In this document: positions 13,406 to 28,000 of the stretch, piece by piece
Position numbering within the stretch: position 1 is the stretch's first letter
Layout: the number at the start of each line of letters is the position of its first letter
NCBI GenBank assembly: GCA_030141605.1
Contig: JAQGDQ010000315.1
Span: 1-64,000, forward strand
Length of the DNA: 64,000 nucleotides
Direction of reading: 5' to 3'
Source of the DNA: Tubiluchus corallicola
Taxonomy: Eukaryota; Animalia; Priapulida
Made by a program: the position numbers and the translations under genes
The notes under the pieces: model-generated
Seen by the model: the letters and a program-made list of their open reading frames with translations, nothing else
Told to the model about the DNA's origin: nothing
The model's database searches: none

Positions 13406-14397
13406 CTTAACCACATGCAATACAACATAGTTACATTAAATATTACAATAACCAGCATCAAGCTGACAGCGATTAAATTGTATCTTTCAGTTATCAATGT
13501 GAGAAAATATGCTAATTAAATATTCATCATAATGCAATAGACATAACATAATTAAAACAATGAGGTTTATCAATCTCACCACTAGGTGGCAGCAATTAAC
13601 TGCAGGTGGGCCAAGTCGCCATCAAGTTAGTATTTCTAACACCAAATTTTACACATTAATAATGTTATTGTGAAATAAAAAAGCAGCAGAAACTTTGGCC
13701 ACCCCTTGTGTTTAATATTGAAAATGCCTCCAACACCAGAAGTTAGTTTTACAGCAACTGTAGGAGCAAACAATTGTGGAGGACTGGATGTAGCTTTAGA
13801 TAAAACAGTTGTGGTGTTTAGATATGCCAGGTATGTGAAACAAGCAAAAGAGAGCAAGTCAGTGAGCACCTAACAAGTTAATATATAAACACTTGGAAGC
13901 ATAACTGCAGATCACTATTATTACTTACAAGCTTACGATACATTCATCAATTAGATCTTACACAGTAATGATAGTTCACTCCACAATAAACTAAAGCTTA
14001 CTATTCTACAAAAGTTTTGATTACAAGAATATTAATTGTGTGCTTGCATAGCAAAATCACCCATAAGTCGGCAATTAAGTTTTTCTAGCTATTCTCATAT
14101 CCTGAATCTCCATTTCATGAGGATCATTTTGATACCAAGTTCATTGCTCTATGTTATTTCTAAGCTGAGATAATCCACGTTGAATTTGAAATGCAGGCTA
14201 CGCAGTGAAATACGTAACCTTGAGAAAATCACCATAAAAGTCAGCCATTGTTTATTGTCGCGTTTCTACACAACACTTAGCAACCGTACAAAAGTGTGGC
14301 TGTTTCGGATTTTGCAAGAACCATTGAAGTCATGTTTAAAACCAGTAGATGGCTCTTCCCGACGAAGATCTACGCTTCGCAATATAAAAAAACAGGA

Positions 14398-14690
14398 AGC
14401 AAAATGGCTGCTTCCACGAGCTACTATCGAAGTTTGAAAATAAAAGTTTTTTACAATTGCAGTACTATTTTCTACCCAGAAAAGTGGGTATGGGACCATA
14501 AAAATAGATTTTTAGTATTTTTTGAACATTTTCCTAATGATCTGATCTTAGATATAAAAGTCATATTTAGAATTCTTTATAAAAAACAAAAAATTGACAT
14601 TTGTCTAAATTTTTGGTGCATTCTACTTTGAATCTTCGTAACGTAGTTTTAACTATGCCAGCTTATAGACGGTTTTGGTTTGCAAGCACT
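14398..14690 (+). repeat. Interspersed repeat, second copy at about 49158-49495
   Basis: Both sites share AAAATG(G/A)CTGCTTCC...CCAGAAAAGTGGGTA...AAATTTTTGGTGCATTCTACTTTGAA...AGACGGTTTTG. Confidence 0.8.
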
Positions 14691-15149
14691 TATTTGACTG
14701 CACCAAAATCACAAAGCAGCCGTGAAACGAGTCGGAACGGAATCCGGAGTAAATTTGCTCATTTGCCTCAATATCACATTAACTGTCCCACGCTAATCCA
14801 ATAGAAGATTGAAGAAAGAGAAAGAATGTAGATTGAGTTGACATTGATTGGATTTTGTGCTGGAGAGGAATAGAAAGTGATTTTCTGGGCCTGATGTTAC
14901 AAAGGCAGAATGCAGAAATGATTGCAGCCTAATAAGTACAATAAAATTCACTGTTGCAAGCAGTCTGGTATGTTGCTATTAATTTCCTGTTTGACTGGCT
15001 TCTTAGGGTGTGGTCACAGAAGATCATCAAAGTTACCTTAATTCAACAGCCTTATTAACTGGACCATCATGTTGCCATGAATAATGATTTCACGCTGGGG
15101 GGGGGGGGGGGGACAATGCTGGAGAAGTTAGGTTCAGCAGTTCATATAA

Positions 15150-15795
15150 CAGTAAGTCCTCGCTTAATGACTCCCCATTTAGCGACGTTTTGCTTTAACA
15201 ACGTTGAACATTTGACACCTTTTTTCTCACTTAACGACGCATGAATGTTCACAGGCATTTTTTATTTTATTAACAACTTTTTTTACCTAATTTGAGCATT
15301 AAAATGCTACAAATTGCATTATTCTGATCTGAAAATGCATCAGCAACCTAAACAGCGTAATTATTGTAATGCCTTTGCTTCCCGACTGACTACGTACTAA
15401 ATACTAAATATCAAGCGAGATCTATTTGCCGATTTATTAGTTCTACCTGAAATTGTCTCAAGGTCGCTTCATGTAGGGCTTGACTTTCACTACAAAGTGT
15501 TTAACTGCTAACTGCTATACATAGGCTTCAACAGACTGCTAGCAAGTTTAGCTAAATACTGGTGAGAAAGATAGGTGGTTTTAAACAAACAGAAAGAAAT
15601 TAATCAGTAGAAATACGAATAAAACTCATTAAACATTTGACATATATGATTTAAGCAGCACCGATTTTTACTTCTGGAACGTATCTCAGTTCTTTTACAT
15701 TACTTTCTACGGAAGTCTTGGTTTCGTTTAACAACGTTTCGCTAAACGTCAGATTTTCCTGGGACACATTAGCGTCGTTAAGCGAGGACTTACTG
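15150..15795. mobile_element. Tc1/mariner-pogo (Tigger-like) MITE family B, copy 1
   Basis: TIR CAGTAAGTCCTCGCTTAA(T/C)GAC ... GTCGTTAAGCGAGGACTTACTG followed by TA. A homologous copy is at 50963-51696. Confidence 0.92.
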
Positions 15796-16036
15796 TACAG
15801 CATTAAGTACCTACACTGTCTATATATGCATATTTCATTAAATATAAGCAACGTCTCATCACTAATGAAATGCCAGTATTTTTTGAGAAAACTGTTCTTA
15901 TACCAGATTAATTTAGGCAGTATCATGAAAGTTATTTACAAATAGTAGAAACGTTTTGACAAAAAGACCATTATTGTAAGTACTATAGCTGCTACAGGAA
16001 GATACCCGATTATACAGTAATTTTCCCAGTGCAAAA

Positions 16037-19000
16037 TCACAGTTTTGTCAATCTGTACTGTTGTGTTGAGTCACAGTTTAAATCATCATCTAGCATTTCT
16101 ATGCTTGCTAATGAACTATGCTTAACAAAAGTGCGTAAAGGTGTCGACACCGCCGACTTCCTGTCAAAGAATGAACTTGCATTGAAGGAAATATCCGGAG
16201 TAAAAGGGAAAGCAGAATTAAGCAAATCCAGGTTATTAGGCACAGGAGATTTTGCATCGACTATGCCATGGCTAAAAAATAATTCCGAGTCTTTGATGTC
16301 AGAAGTGGAAAAACGCATAGAGTCAAGCTTCCTATGCAGTTGTAAGATTTCTTCCACCAGGATGCACTGCTGTAGGTAACTTGAAGGAGCACCGCCACCT
16401 ACGATGTTGGTAAGCGGAATCCATCGCATGTAGCACTGCTTCCAAAGAATGATTTGTGCCGATGATGTGGATGGCGTTAATGATTTCAAATTCCTCTGTG
16501 ACGTTGTCTCATCTAAACACTTATCAAAATTCATCTCTTCAGTCAATTTACTGCTTTCGATGTCGTTACACAAGACATATAAAGGATTTCGAAATAACGA
16601 AATGTCCTCTTTACTAAATTGCCTGGCCAAATCCCACACGGACATAAATTTCATTGGGTGCTCACGCAAAGCTTTGCAGCGGTCAAATTCGGTGTCGAAT
16701 AAGAATGTTTCAAAAATGCCTAAATGTGTGCTATCCCACAGTGTTGTTAAATATGTTTCTGTGAACTCGAAAGATGCTGAAAATTGCTGTGTGACTTGCC
16801 ATACACAGTCCAAGAACAGCAAGAACAGTGGGGCCTAAAAGTAAAAATAAGAATATAAATAACACATATGAAAACACAGTAAAATATTAAGCTAAATATG
16901 GCTTCTAAATTTCATTCTCTGATTCAACATTGCTGTTGACATAGCATCTTCTTTTAAAGGAAAACCGGACGATTGATTAGACTCACTCTCATTTTTTTGC
17001 TTCTCAAAGTAACGGTTAAACAGTTACTTATTTTCTAAATGGTTACACTAGTCAGTGGTCGCTTAAATGGTTAAACTGTTAACCATCTCAGCCCAACAAT
17101 AAAATGTGTGTTTTCTACCTTAGGGCAATATGACCCACTGTCTGAAAATCACCATTTTCCTTTAACTACAGATTTTACACAAATATACATTATCAGTTAC
17201 CTGTAGTTCCTCTTTGCTTCGTAACATTCCTAATCTAGAGAAGAAAGGATGACCCAGTGAGACCCATTCTCGTTGTATAAGACACTGAAAACCGTGCAAC
17301 GTTCTACATCGAGGATCCAAGAATAACTGCACTAAACAACTAATTATGCAGTTGAAATCACAGTCACAGGGTTCTGAAATAAAGAAACATAAACAAGTTT
17401 TTGATTTGTTGCAAAATAAGGAAAATGTTACATATAAACTGCATGACAAGATGTACTTTTCTCAAACTGTAAGCCGATATGCAGCATTCAATGGCAGGAC
17501 TTATTATGTTGAAGGTTGCGGTAATAGGGAAACCTAGCTTATGATTAAGGATAATCCTCCGAACCACGAGTAGATATGCAACCAAACTCAATGAAACAAC
17601 CAGCCTCATGCAGAATTGCAGGCGAATGGCAGAACAATAGTTTTCCTGGCAATAACACACGCTCACTAACCAGGCATAGAAATGCTTAACTTTGATCATA
17701 AAGCGCACAATACAGAAATAGGAATGACGTATTGAACTCAGTCACAGAAAAACTTTGTAGTGCATTTATACAATCTATATAATCTTTATATAATCTATAT
17801 AAAATAACTTGTAATAAACAGCATAATATATTGCAAACTTGCAGTGCAGCAAAATCATCCGTTGCGTCAAAAATATTTTGGCTTACAGAATGCATAAATA
17901 ACTGATTGAAGTGCAAATATGACACCTTGTCTGGTCAATCATGCATCAGTTAAAACATGTTGCAAGAAGAGCAGTGCTTTGCACACATGTCCAGAGAGCC
18001 TGGCACCCCCCCCTCATCCACAACAACCACCCAATCTGCTCAGCTGAGTTGCTTGAAGCATTTCAGAATGTAATTATAACGTATACAGGCATGGCGTTTA
18101 AGGCAGTAATTTACCTGATTGATCAGAAAATCACTGCAAATACTTCATGTGCAGACATGCTTGTTAAAGGTAAATAAATGTAAAGAAGTACAGCACAGTT
18201 ACCTTGAAGTACCACGGTTAGCTTGTCTTCTCTGATTAATTTACACACGTCAACGGCAATTTGCAAGCAATTTCTGACTAGCTGGAGCCACTGAGCAGCA
18301 TCTAAACTACTGCACCATCGTTCATCCTGACTCCAGAAATGTTTCACTGATTCTGAAGACAAATAGAAGAAAATACCACAAATAACGAAGTGCCACGCTA
18401 ATGTCTGTTTCACAATTAAATAAAAATACCACAGCATCTATAGTAGGCCTATAAGCAAAAAGTTGGCATAAATAGCTAATTAATGAAATCATTAATTAGT
18501 TATGACTGAGATTGCCAGAATTTTTTTTACAAACCATTGCGGTTTATTCGACCAAATAATACCCACTGCGGATATTGAATTGGAGAAAGGAGACACTGAT
18601 AAATTGTGGACTAGTCTGGATTTGAACCCAACACCTGGGATTAGTTATCCCATGCTGCACCAACTCAACTACCAGCCCAACAAGACAGAGCAGGCCTAAG
18701 ATTTCTTCCTTGTAGCACACAATCCAACACCTGGGATTAGTTATCCCATGCAGCACCAACTCAACTACCAGCCCAACAAGACAGAGCAGGCCTAAGATTT
18801 CTTCCTTGTAGCACACAATCCAACACCTGGGATTAGTTATCCCATGCTGCACCAACTCAACTACCAGCCCAACAAGACAGAGCAGGCCTAAGATTTCTTC
18901 CTTGTAGCACACAATCCAACACCTGGGATTAGTTATCCCATGCTGCACCAACTCAACTACCAGCCCAGCAAGACAGAGCAGGCCTAAGATTTCTTCCTTG

Positions 19001-22000
19001 TAGCACACAATCCAACAGCGCCACCTATACACATGACAGTAGGGGAATATTTTTGGCATCAATACTTTCCCCTAATTCTGGCAATCACAGTCATAATTAG
19101 TTAATGAAAATTAATGTAAGTTTGATGATTTGCATTACCCAATAGAGGATGATTAAATGTAACATCAGAATAAAACTCAGGTACAAGTATTGGTTTTAAA
19201 ATCAATGCTTAATTATAAACTTATTTAAATCAAACTAACAATCTGGAAATGTTTCAAATGTTCACTATAAATTGACTTCCAAAATATCACTGACTGAAAA
19301 TAGGGCACTATAGTCTTGACATGCTTTCATTTATTCACCAGTGAAAGAAATTTATGAATTCTACCTTCGTTAACTATTTTATCACTTCTGTTTCTGTAAA
19401 TCCTAATTCAATAGTTAAATTTAAGCTTCACCCAAATGCAGCATATTATAAGTTTGAAGGATACTCAAAGAGATGTATTATAACAAGTTAGACATATTTG
19501 TACAACTTCATTTAGCTCCAATACCTTCCCAGCGAATATAAAATACTTAATCTATACTTATTTTTTATACTAAGTATTTTTAATACTTAGTATTAACACA
19601 CATAGTGATGTTACCTTCAAAATGTGTGTTATAAAAACTCGAGGTGACAGGAGTTCTACGTTTCTTATCATATCATAGGTGCAAGAATGCACGGCCAGTT
19701 ATGCATGGAATTTTCAGGAAAAACTTTCCAGTCTCTAGATACGGCTAAGTCATTCTGGTATTTTTTAAATCTAGTAATTTTAGTACTTGTTTGTCTGGTT
19801 ACCACAGAACTGTTGATATGAAATTAGATGCAGACAGTAACTGGTTAGCAACTGTTTCAATCAGCAGCAGTTTCTGATTTTAAAGAAAACTGTTAGTTCT
19901 GTATCAACATCAATTTTGACATTGTGAATAATAAAATTAACGATAATTTTGTTTTACGTTTGTTTTTCTCTCATCCAGTTTTGACATTGACAATAACTAA
20001 TTACCTGTAAGCTAAAATACTGCATTAATCAGGAGCTGTGTTTCACGGTTATTGATTCTTCAGGACAATTTCATTGGTTTCAGTTTTGTATGATTGTTTC
20101 GGTTAACTTTGTTAACAATTTAAATGTTTAGAGGAAGACAGGATGATTTTTCATATATTACCCTACTTTCAAATCCGATAAAGTATACATTTTTACACAA
20201 TTAATACTACAAAAGCGTTTCTGATAATTAAATAATAGATTAAAAACGTAATTTATGGCGGACGAGCCCAACTATTGATGACATCACAAACTAACACAAT
20301 TTTCAACAGCAAAAACATTCCATGAGCATGTTGCACGTGTTTGCAAAAACGGAAACTGAAGCACAACGCTACTGTAAGATATTCAATGTGTTGTACTAAA
20401 ACTAGTTTTAAGATCAATATTCAAATTTCAAATTTACCACTGTCCTCACTCATGAGCTCTCAAACATGTGTAGTTCATCACAAACTAACACGTCTGAACT
20501 GAGAAGCACAGCACCTGTTTTTTGTGCAATGCGTTTCCGAAAAGCAGGCGCTAGTGCCCGCCTAACTAGCGAATGCCAAATTGCATGTAGCAGCAAAGAA
20601 CTAGTGGCGCAAATGCTACATTGTGTTTGTCTAGTAATAATTATTTAACGCAAGTCATTTTTGCAAAATAGTATGTTTCCTTTCGATATTTTAGAGAGTA
20701 GATTGTTTTGACCTACAGTTTCGGTTTGGGTCCAGTTTTGCTTTAAGTGTTTTTCTCTGTGAAAATTGTCCCTAAGTCATTTCTTTATTTCTGTTAAACT
20801 TGTAGTTAGTGCCAGTCTCAAATTGTTGTGAAACATCACAATCCAGACGGCACTTACCTTGCTTGTTTTCTACTCGCTTCCTCAATATACCCATGCACAG
20901 TAGCTGGTATAAAAAAGCAGTGTAGGCATTCCAAAAAAGGGCAGAGAAGAGAGAAAATAGGCAGTGTAAAGCAAAAACATGCTGCCTCTGGAACAAGTAT
21001 AAATTGAACTAAAACATTGTCATTAGTGTAGTTTAGTTTTGGACTAGTAAACGAATTCTTGTCTTTTCTAAACTAATTGGCATAATAACGAAAACAGTTT
21101 TTTTACAAGTGCGAGTTTTGAAAGTCATTTCTTTTACTTTATGATTCTGCATTTTAAAATCTTACCAAAATTTACATTATGCTGCATAACAAACACTGAA
21201 ACACTGAAATAATGCAGCTGGTTACAACTGCTTTTATTTTCCTACTGGAGAGACAAGCAGATTGTGATAGGATGTAAATACCTGGCATGCATAAGTCTCT
21301 CAGTCGGTTATAGCTCTCCTGTACAACATTGATTGCAGGGCAACTCTTGCTCATTTCTATCACTTTTGGTGGTTGGTAGTTTGGATGAGTGTCCTTAATA
21401 GCAGTCAAAAGCCTGAAATTAACAAAAGTCATCTGAGATGACAACGGCATAACAAGAACGTATCTTGAAAGCAATACAATAGAAGGACAGCTAAAACAAA
21501 AAATAATCTGAGAACGCGACTAGAAAAAAGCAACAAAATGCAAAAATGGGAATGCACAGGTTTTAAGATTGCACAAAAACGGAGAAGGTGTAAAAAGTAG
21601 CAACAAGAAGGATGTAAAAAACATCCTGATAAAATATGCAAGTAATGCATGTAATAATGCCAGCAGCTATGAACTTGTAACTAGGGGTGAGCATTCTCTA
21701 CCAGTATGCGAATCGAATCGAATGTGTGACTTTCGAATTAGAATCAAATCTAATTTCACTATTTCGAATCCGAAGCGAATTCGAATGGAGTTTGAAAGAT
21801 TCTGAAACAAGTTTTCGCACCACTAGTAAAAAATGGTCTTACGAAGATCATGCATAGTACTTGATTATGTTCTGAAGTAAAACCACTATTAGTTTGTTAA
21901 AAATTTTGCATAGAAACTGCAGCTAGATTGTGGTATTTGCATGATTTTTCAAACATTTTAATGATAAAGAACATATATGTGTCTGAAATGCTGAATTATT

Positions 22001-25000
22001 CGAATCTATAATTTTAGGTTCAAATTGAATTCGAACTAAAAAAACTCGTTTGAATCGACTTCGAATGTTCGATGCTCACCCCTACTGAATTTCTGATTTA
22101 ACTAGAATGGCCTGCTAAATAAAAATAACCACAACACTATTTAGTAACCATATCAGTCAGTAAGAATGGTATATTGAAGTTCATCTCACAGAGATATGAC
22201 TCATTAACACTTAAATTTATCATTAACTACCAAACCGATCAAGTACAATCTACCGCTTTTCATGATGCTGATTAAGGAACTTACTCTTTTAGCTTATTGT
22301 GTCCTTCCGGTGCGTCACTTTGAAGAGTCGACATTCTCAACAATGACGTACCATCTTCACCAGTCCAACACCACAACTATAAATTATAGAAATGTTAAAG
22401 GAAGATAGGATGATTTTTCATGTACTACCCCATTTTCAAATGTGTTAAAAGTACACATTTAAACTGCAAAAGTGTTTCTGATAATTAGTTAATAGATTAA
22501 AAACTTAATCAACTGCGGACGAGCCCAACTATTGATGACATCAGAAACTAACATAATTTTCAGCAGCAAAAACATTCCACGAGCGTGTTGCACGTCTTTG
22601 CGAAGCAAAAATTGTAAGATATTCAGTGCCATTGTAAGATATTCAGTGTAATAAAATTAGGCAAGTTTTAAGATAAAAATTCAAGTTTCAAATTTACCAC
22701 TGTGCTCATTCATGAGCTCTCAAACATGTGTAGTTCGTTACAAACTAACGCGTCTGAACTGAGACGCACAGCACCTGTTTTTTGTGCAATGCGTTTCCGA
22801 AATGCAGACGCTAGTGCCCGTCTAACTAGCGAATGCCAAATTGCATGTAACAGCAAAGAACTAGTGGCGCAAATGCTAAATTGTGTTTGTCTGGTAATAA
22901 TTATTTAATGCAAGTCATTTTTGTAAAATAGTATGTTTCCTTTCAATATTTTAAAAAAGTAAATTGTTTTAACCTGCAGTTTAAAATTGGGTGCGGTTTT
23001 GTTCTAACATTTCTTAAGTGTTCCTTGGAAAGTTTCTTAGTTGTTGCCCTATGAAAAAATGCTAACTAACCTACTGCTAAATCATGAACAGTCAATCACT
23101 CTATATTGTAAAGTTCACTAAGGGCTGGTCCATATTTTTATGCAATTCAACAAGCTTTTGCTACTGACACAACTTCTTACTCATGATCTAAGAGTGTAAC
23201 AATATTCACTGAAAAACCCAAGTCAAATAGTTAACAAAAAAACACTATATTTTTTGTTTACAAATACAGCAGCTCAGTGATAAAATGTTAAATGAAAAAA
23301 CTAGAAATCAAACAAGAATTGAAACCAATATCAAATTTTGCATTGAAAAAGTGATTGCTAACCTGAAATTTGTTTAAGTAGTAATCAAATTATTCAATAC
23401 AGTAGCCATCGCTTAATAGACTCACTTTGGGACCGACGTGTTTCGACCCAATTTACCGACTGAATCTATTAGCCGACGGGTGAAGTATTACTAGTATAGA
23501 AGTACGAGTCATGACACTTCAGCTTAGTATGCACTGTAAAGGCAGCAACAGCTCAAATCTTAGGTTTTACGCTTATTTATTTATTTATTTATTACCTATT
23601 AGGTAAGAGAAATAAATATATACATTTTCTATATGAGTAAAAGTAAACAGTAAAATTATATAGTCATAATCAACATGAAGGTTGTGCCTATCACTGTGTA
23701 CCATGAATGACAGCAAGGAACTAATTCCTCAAACAGATCACTGCCTGTCATCCATCAAAGGCTCCATTTCTCAAAAATAACGCGAGTTCTACACTTTTAG
23801 TTGCTCTATGACGTTTACGTTTGCAATATAAAGTCGCGAAGAATTCTAACAGATTACTGCCATTGGTGGAAGCACCAATTAAACGTTTTGTGAAAAGCAG
23901 CAACAGTTTCAAAAGGAAAGTGCTAGGCAAATGATAAGTTTGGCTTGCATAAATTCTTGGGCAACAAGGCTAATTGTGAGTGGATGAGCGGGAGACAGTT
24001 CAAAGCAAAACCACAACGTTAACATATTAGTGCATAACAAACATACCTGCTTTCAAAGAAATCGGTACTTAACACGATTGTTTCTACGTACATTAAAGTG
24101 CACAAAAGTGAAGTAAAGATTACATAACTGTAGTAAAAACTCAAATGTCTTATTTTAACCACATGAAGCACAAATTAGTCAATTACGCGGAGCAATTTAA
24201 GTAAATTGCCGACAGTTTTTATATACATTTGAATAGGAGCTGCCCATGCCAGACATTTCTGAGTCAATTAGGAGACTGATTCTATTAACCGTGAGTCTAA
24301 TAAACGGCTTCAATTGAACATGGATGACTTATTACAACTTCGCTACAGTTGACTTTATTCAAAGCTTACAGCATTCAACAAGAAAGGATAAACTGAAACT
24401 GTGAGAACGAAAGCTTGTATGCGTGCCCATGCCGTCGTACAAGTTAACTGTCAGATATTACACAATCATCAAAGCCAAGATTAAAATATCTTCTAATACT
24501 TACTGGCACACGTTTGTTCACAAAGAAAAGAGCAGCTTCCCGTAATTCATTGTCCGTCAATGAAGCAGGTACAACGAACGTTCTTGGAAGACTAAAAACG
24601 AAATGATTAAAGCGAATTTAATACTAGAGCTGCCACACAGAAATTTTAACTGTACAAAGAGCACAATTTTGCAAACTGCAACAGGACAAACGTAACTTGT
24701 GTAAGCTTCTGTTAGCTTAGCAGTTCAAAACATGCCCAGAATCATGAAACTTTGTGATTGCATTTGCAATAGCCGTCAAAATAACTAGTAATCCAATCTA
24801 ATCTAAAGCTAATCATAATGAATAGAGACAGTTTTTTCAAAACTAGCAAAATCATTACTCATCAACCACAACTGTTTGCTGCTTTAACTTTCGCTACAAA
24901 CCAGATGACTTCATCTAAACTGAAAAACTAAAACATAATTGGACTGTCTTGTTTGGTTAAAATGTCCAACCAAATATTTCACTTTTTCTTTAGAATACAA

Positions 25001-28000
25001 AGTAACATTTTAGTAGACTAACCTAACAATAAGGTTTTGTTCCAAAATTACCAATTAATATTATTTGTGGGGGATACTACAAATTAACTTCAATTGATAC
25101 TTTTCCTAATAACAAACAGGGTTTCACCTCATAAAATCCATTAGTTCAATTAGTTTACCTTGTGCTGTCATAATGCCATGTATGAGTAACAAAACTATTG
25201 TACACAAATAACTTACTATTCACTAGTATGGAAAGACTCATTTCCTTGACAAACGCGCCACAGGTGACCTTGTTGAAGCTGCTTTAAATCATGAAGCCAG
25301 TCATCAAATAATCGGTACATGTGGACACCCCTGAATTCTGCAATGTATAGATAATAAATTAATGTCAATTAGCAATGAGCCTGAAACCAATTAAGAAAAC
25401 ATTGCTGCAAAATTATTGATTGATTTGACGGTAAGAATGATTAGAATTTGCTGCACACTGAATAACAAACTGCTCACTCACATGCAAGAGCATTATTTAG
25501 TACATCAGTGAATAGGATAGTGAATAAATAATAAAGTTGGACTACTGTGCTCTTACTATTTATTCCCATTAACTGCATCCAGTGTTTTAGTAGTCACTAG
25601 GCAACCACACATCTAAATCAATAATGGCCTGTCAAGACTATTGGGTATCCCAGATTCGTCATGAAACTGAGTGAGTGACATGCATCCCTGATGACATTTC
25701 TTTTCTAAACACACTACACTCGTCCGGGGGACCATGACATGCAAGAATGACAACTTTGAGTTAGTCAGTCAATCAGTAATGACAAGAACCCTGGATAATC
25801 TAAACAGGACTTGAGGTTTCTTGCAATTCATTCTCACAACACCATGACAAAGAACCATCCCAGTTTGGAATCACAAAAGATCAAGCAAAGCTCAGTCGAT
25901 CAGACAGTGTTAACAGAGCAACAGACGAGTCTAAACTCAGACAACAATTAATTAATCCTACAGACAACTAAACAAAAAAACATCCACACCCACACATATC
26001 ACATGACTCCGTCTATTAGGCTATGACAATTAATCTCTAAATTCACGTCAAACAGAAAATCTGAAAGGCTTGTTGATGCCAAGTTTTGGCCAATTTATCT
26101 ATATATATATATATATATACAAATAAGTAGAAAGAAAAGTCATTAGTACTTAAATCTAGTGTAACTACATAGAAAATATTGTCAATTTTTCTAATTTTGA
26201 AGCACAATAATACTTTTATTGTAATACTTGTATAAACTCGTGCTTTTGCAATGTTATGTAATTGCATTTGTTGTATTTTGTATTTGTTCTTGTATGTCTT
26301 TTTTTGTATTTTTCTAATTGTACTTTTTGCCATGCTACATTATTGTATTTATGCAAATAAACTTGAATTGAACTGAATTGTGACAACCTAAGTTATATTT
26401 TAACTCAACAAGCATACTGGCATTTTGCTAATTACCTGGTATTCTCTTCCTCAAATCAAAAGCAAATACTAAGCTTGGATTTACTGGAAAAGCGTGATGA
26501 AGGATGCTGTTGACAATCTAAAACATGATCAAAAGCGTTGAATAAATAACAGTAACATATAATAACAATAATATAAAAATATAATGGTTTTTTGAATTAC
26601 TCGCTTGCAATTAACTCTACAATGTTGCTCAGTTCACAATGAGTTCAGTTCAGTTCACAACTGACGATAATCAGTTCACCATGATGACAATCAGATCACT
26701 AAAAGTCAACACAGTGATGACAATCAGTTCACCATGACAACAATCAGTTCACTAAAAGTCAACACAGTGATGACAATCAGTTCACCATGACAACAATCAA
26801 TTCACTAAAAGTCAACACAGTGATGACAATCAGTTCACCATGACAGCAATCAATTCAGTAAAAGTCAACACAGTGATGACAATCAGTTCACCATGACAAC
26901 AATCAATTCAGTAAAAGTCAACACAGTGATGACAATCAGTTCACATGACAACAATCAGTTCACTAAAAGTCAACACAGTGATGACAATCAGTTCACCATG
27001 ACAACAATCAATTCAGTAAAAGTCAACACAGTGATGACAATCAGTTCACCACGACAGCAATCAATTCAGTAAAAGTCAACACAGTGATGACAATCAGTTC
27101 ACCATGACAACAATCAGTTCACTAAAAGTCAGCACAGTGACGACAATCAGTTCACTAAAAGTCAACACAGTGACGATAATCAGTTCACCATGACGACAAT
27201 CATTTCACTAAAAGTCAACACAGTGACGACAATCAGTTCACCATGACGACAATCATTTCACTAAAAGTCAACACAGTGACGACAATCAGTTCACCATGAC
27301 AACAATCAATTCAGTAAAAGTCAACACAGTGATGACAATCAGTTCACCATGACAACAATCAATTCAGTAAAAGTCAACACAGTGATGACAATCAGTTCAC
27401 CATGACAACAATCAATTCAGTAAAAGTCAACACAGTGATGACAATCAGTTCACCATGACAACAATCAATTCAGTAAAAGTCAACACAGTGATGACAATCA
27501 GTTCACCATGACAGCAATCAATTCACTAAAAGTCAACACAGTGATGACAATCAGTTCGCCATGACAGCAATCAATTCACTAAAAGTCAACACAGTGATGA
27601 CAATCAGTTCGCCATGACAACAATCAGTTCACTAAAAGTCAACACAGTGATGACAATCAGTTCACCATGACAACAATCAGTTCACTAAAAGTCAACACAG
27701 TGACGACAATCAGTTCACCATGACAACAATCAACTCAGTAAAAGTCAACACAGTGATGACAATCAGTTCACCATGACAACAATCAGTTCACTAAAAGTCA
27801 ACACAGTGATGACAATCAGTTCACCATGACAACAATCAATTCAGTAAAAGTCAACACAGTGATGACAATCAGTTCACCATGACAGCAATCAATTCACTAA
27901 AAGTCAACACAGTGATGACAATCAGTTCACCATGACAGCAATCAATTCACTAAAAGTCAACACAGTGATGACAATCAGTTCGCCATGACAACAATCAGTT

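Noticed and set aside
15097-15112. Poly-G tract (also the C/G runs at about 9503-9545 and the G run at about 49796)
   Set aside because: These are simple homopolymers with no evidence of function.
16029-16838. Plus-strand ORFs of 116 and 129 aa
   Set aside because: They are antisense shadows of the MTMR10 last exon.
18544-19062. 172-aa ORF with 32-aa repeats
   Set aside because: It is a by-product of the 96-bp tandem repeat, which is better explained as tRNA-like. It has no splice context.
20466-22908. Near-identical short ORFs at 20466 and 22702 suggesting paralogous peptides
   Set aside because: Both lie within copies of the same non-coding MITE.
22390-24503. U12-type intron suspected from a TTCCTTTAAC-like branch sequence
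   Set aside because: The donor is GTAAGT (U2 type), not GTATCCTT, and the motif comes from the MITE terminus.
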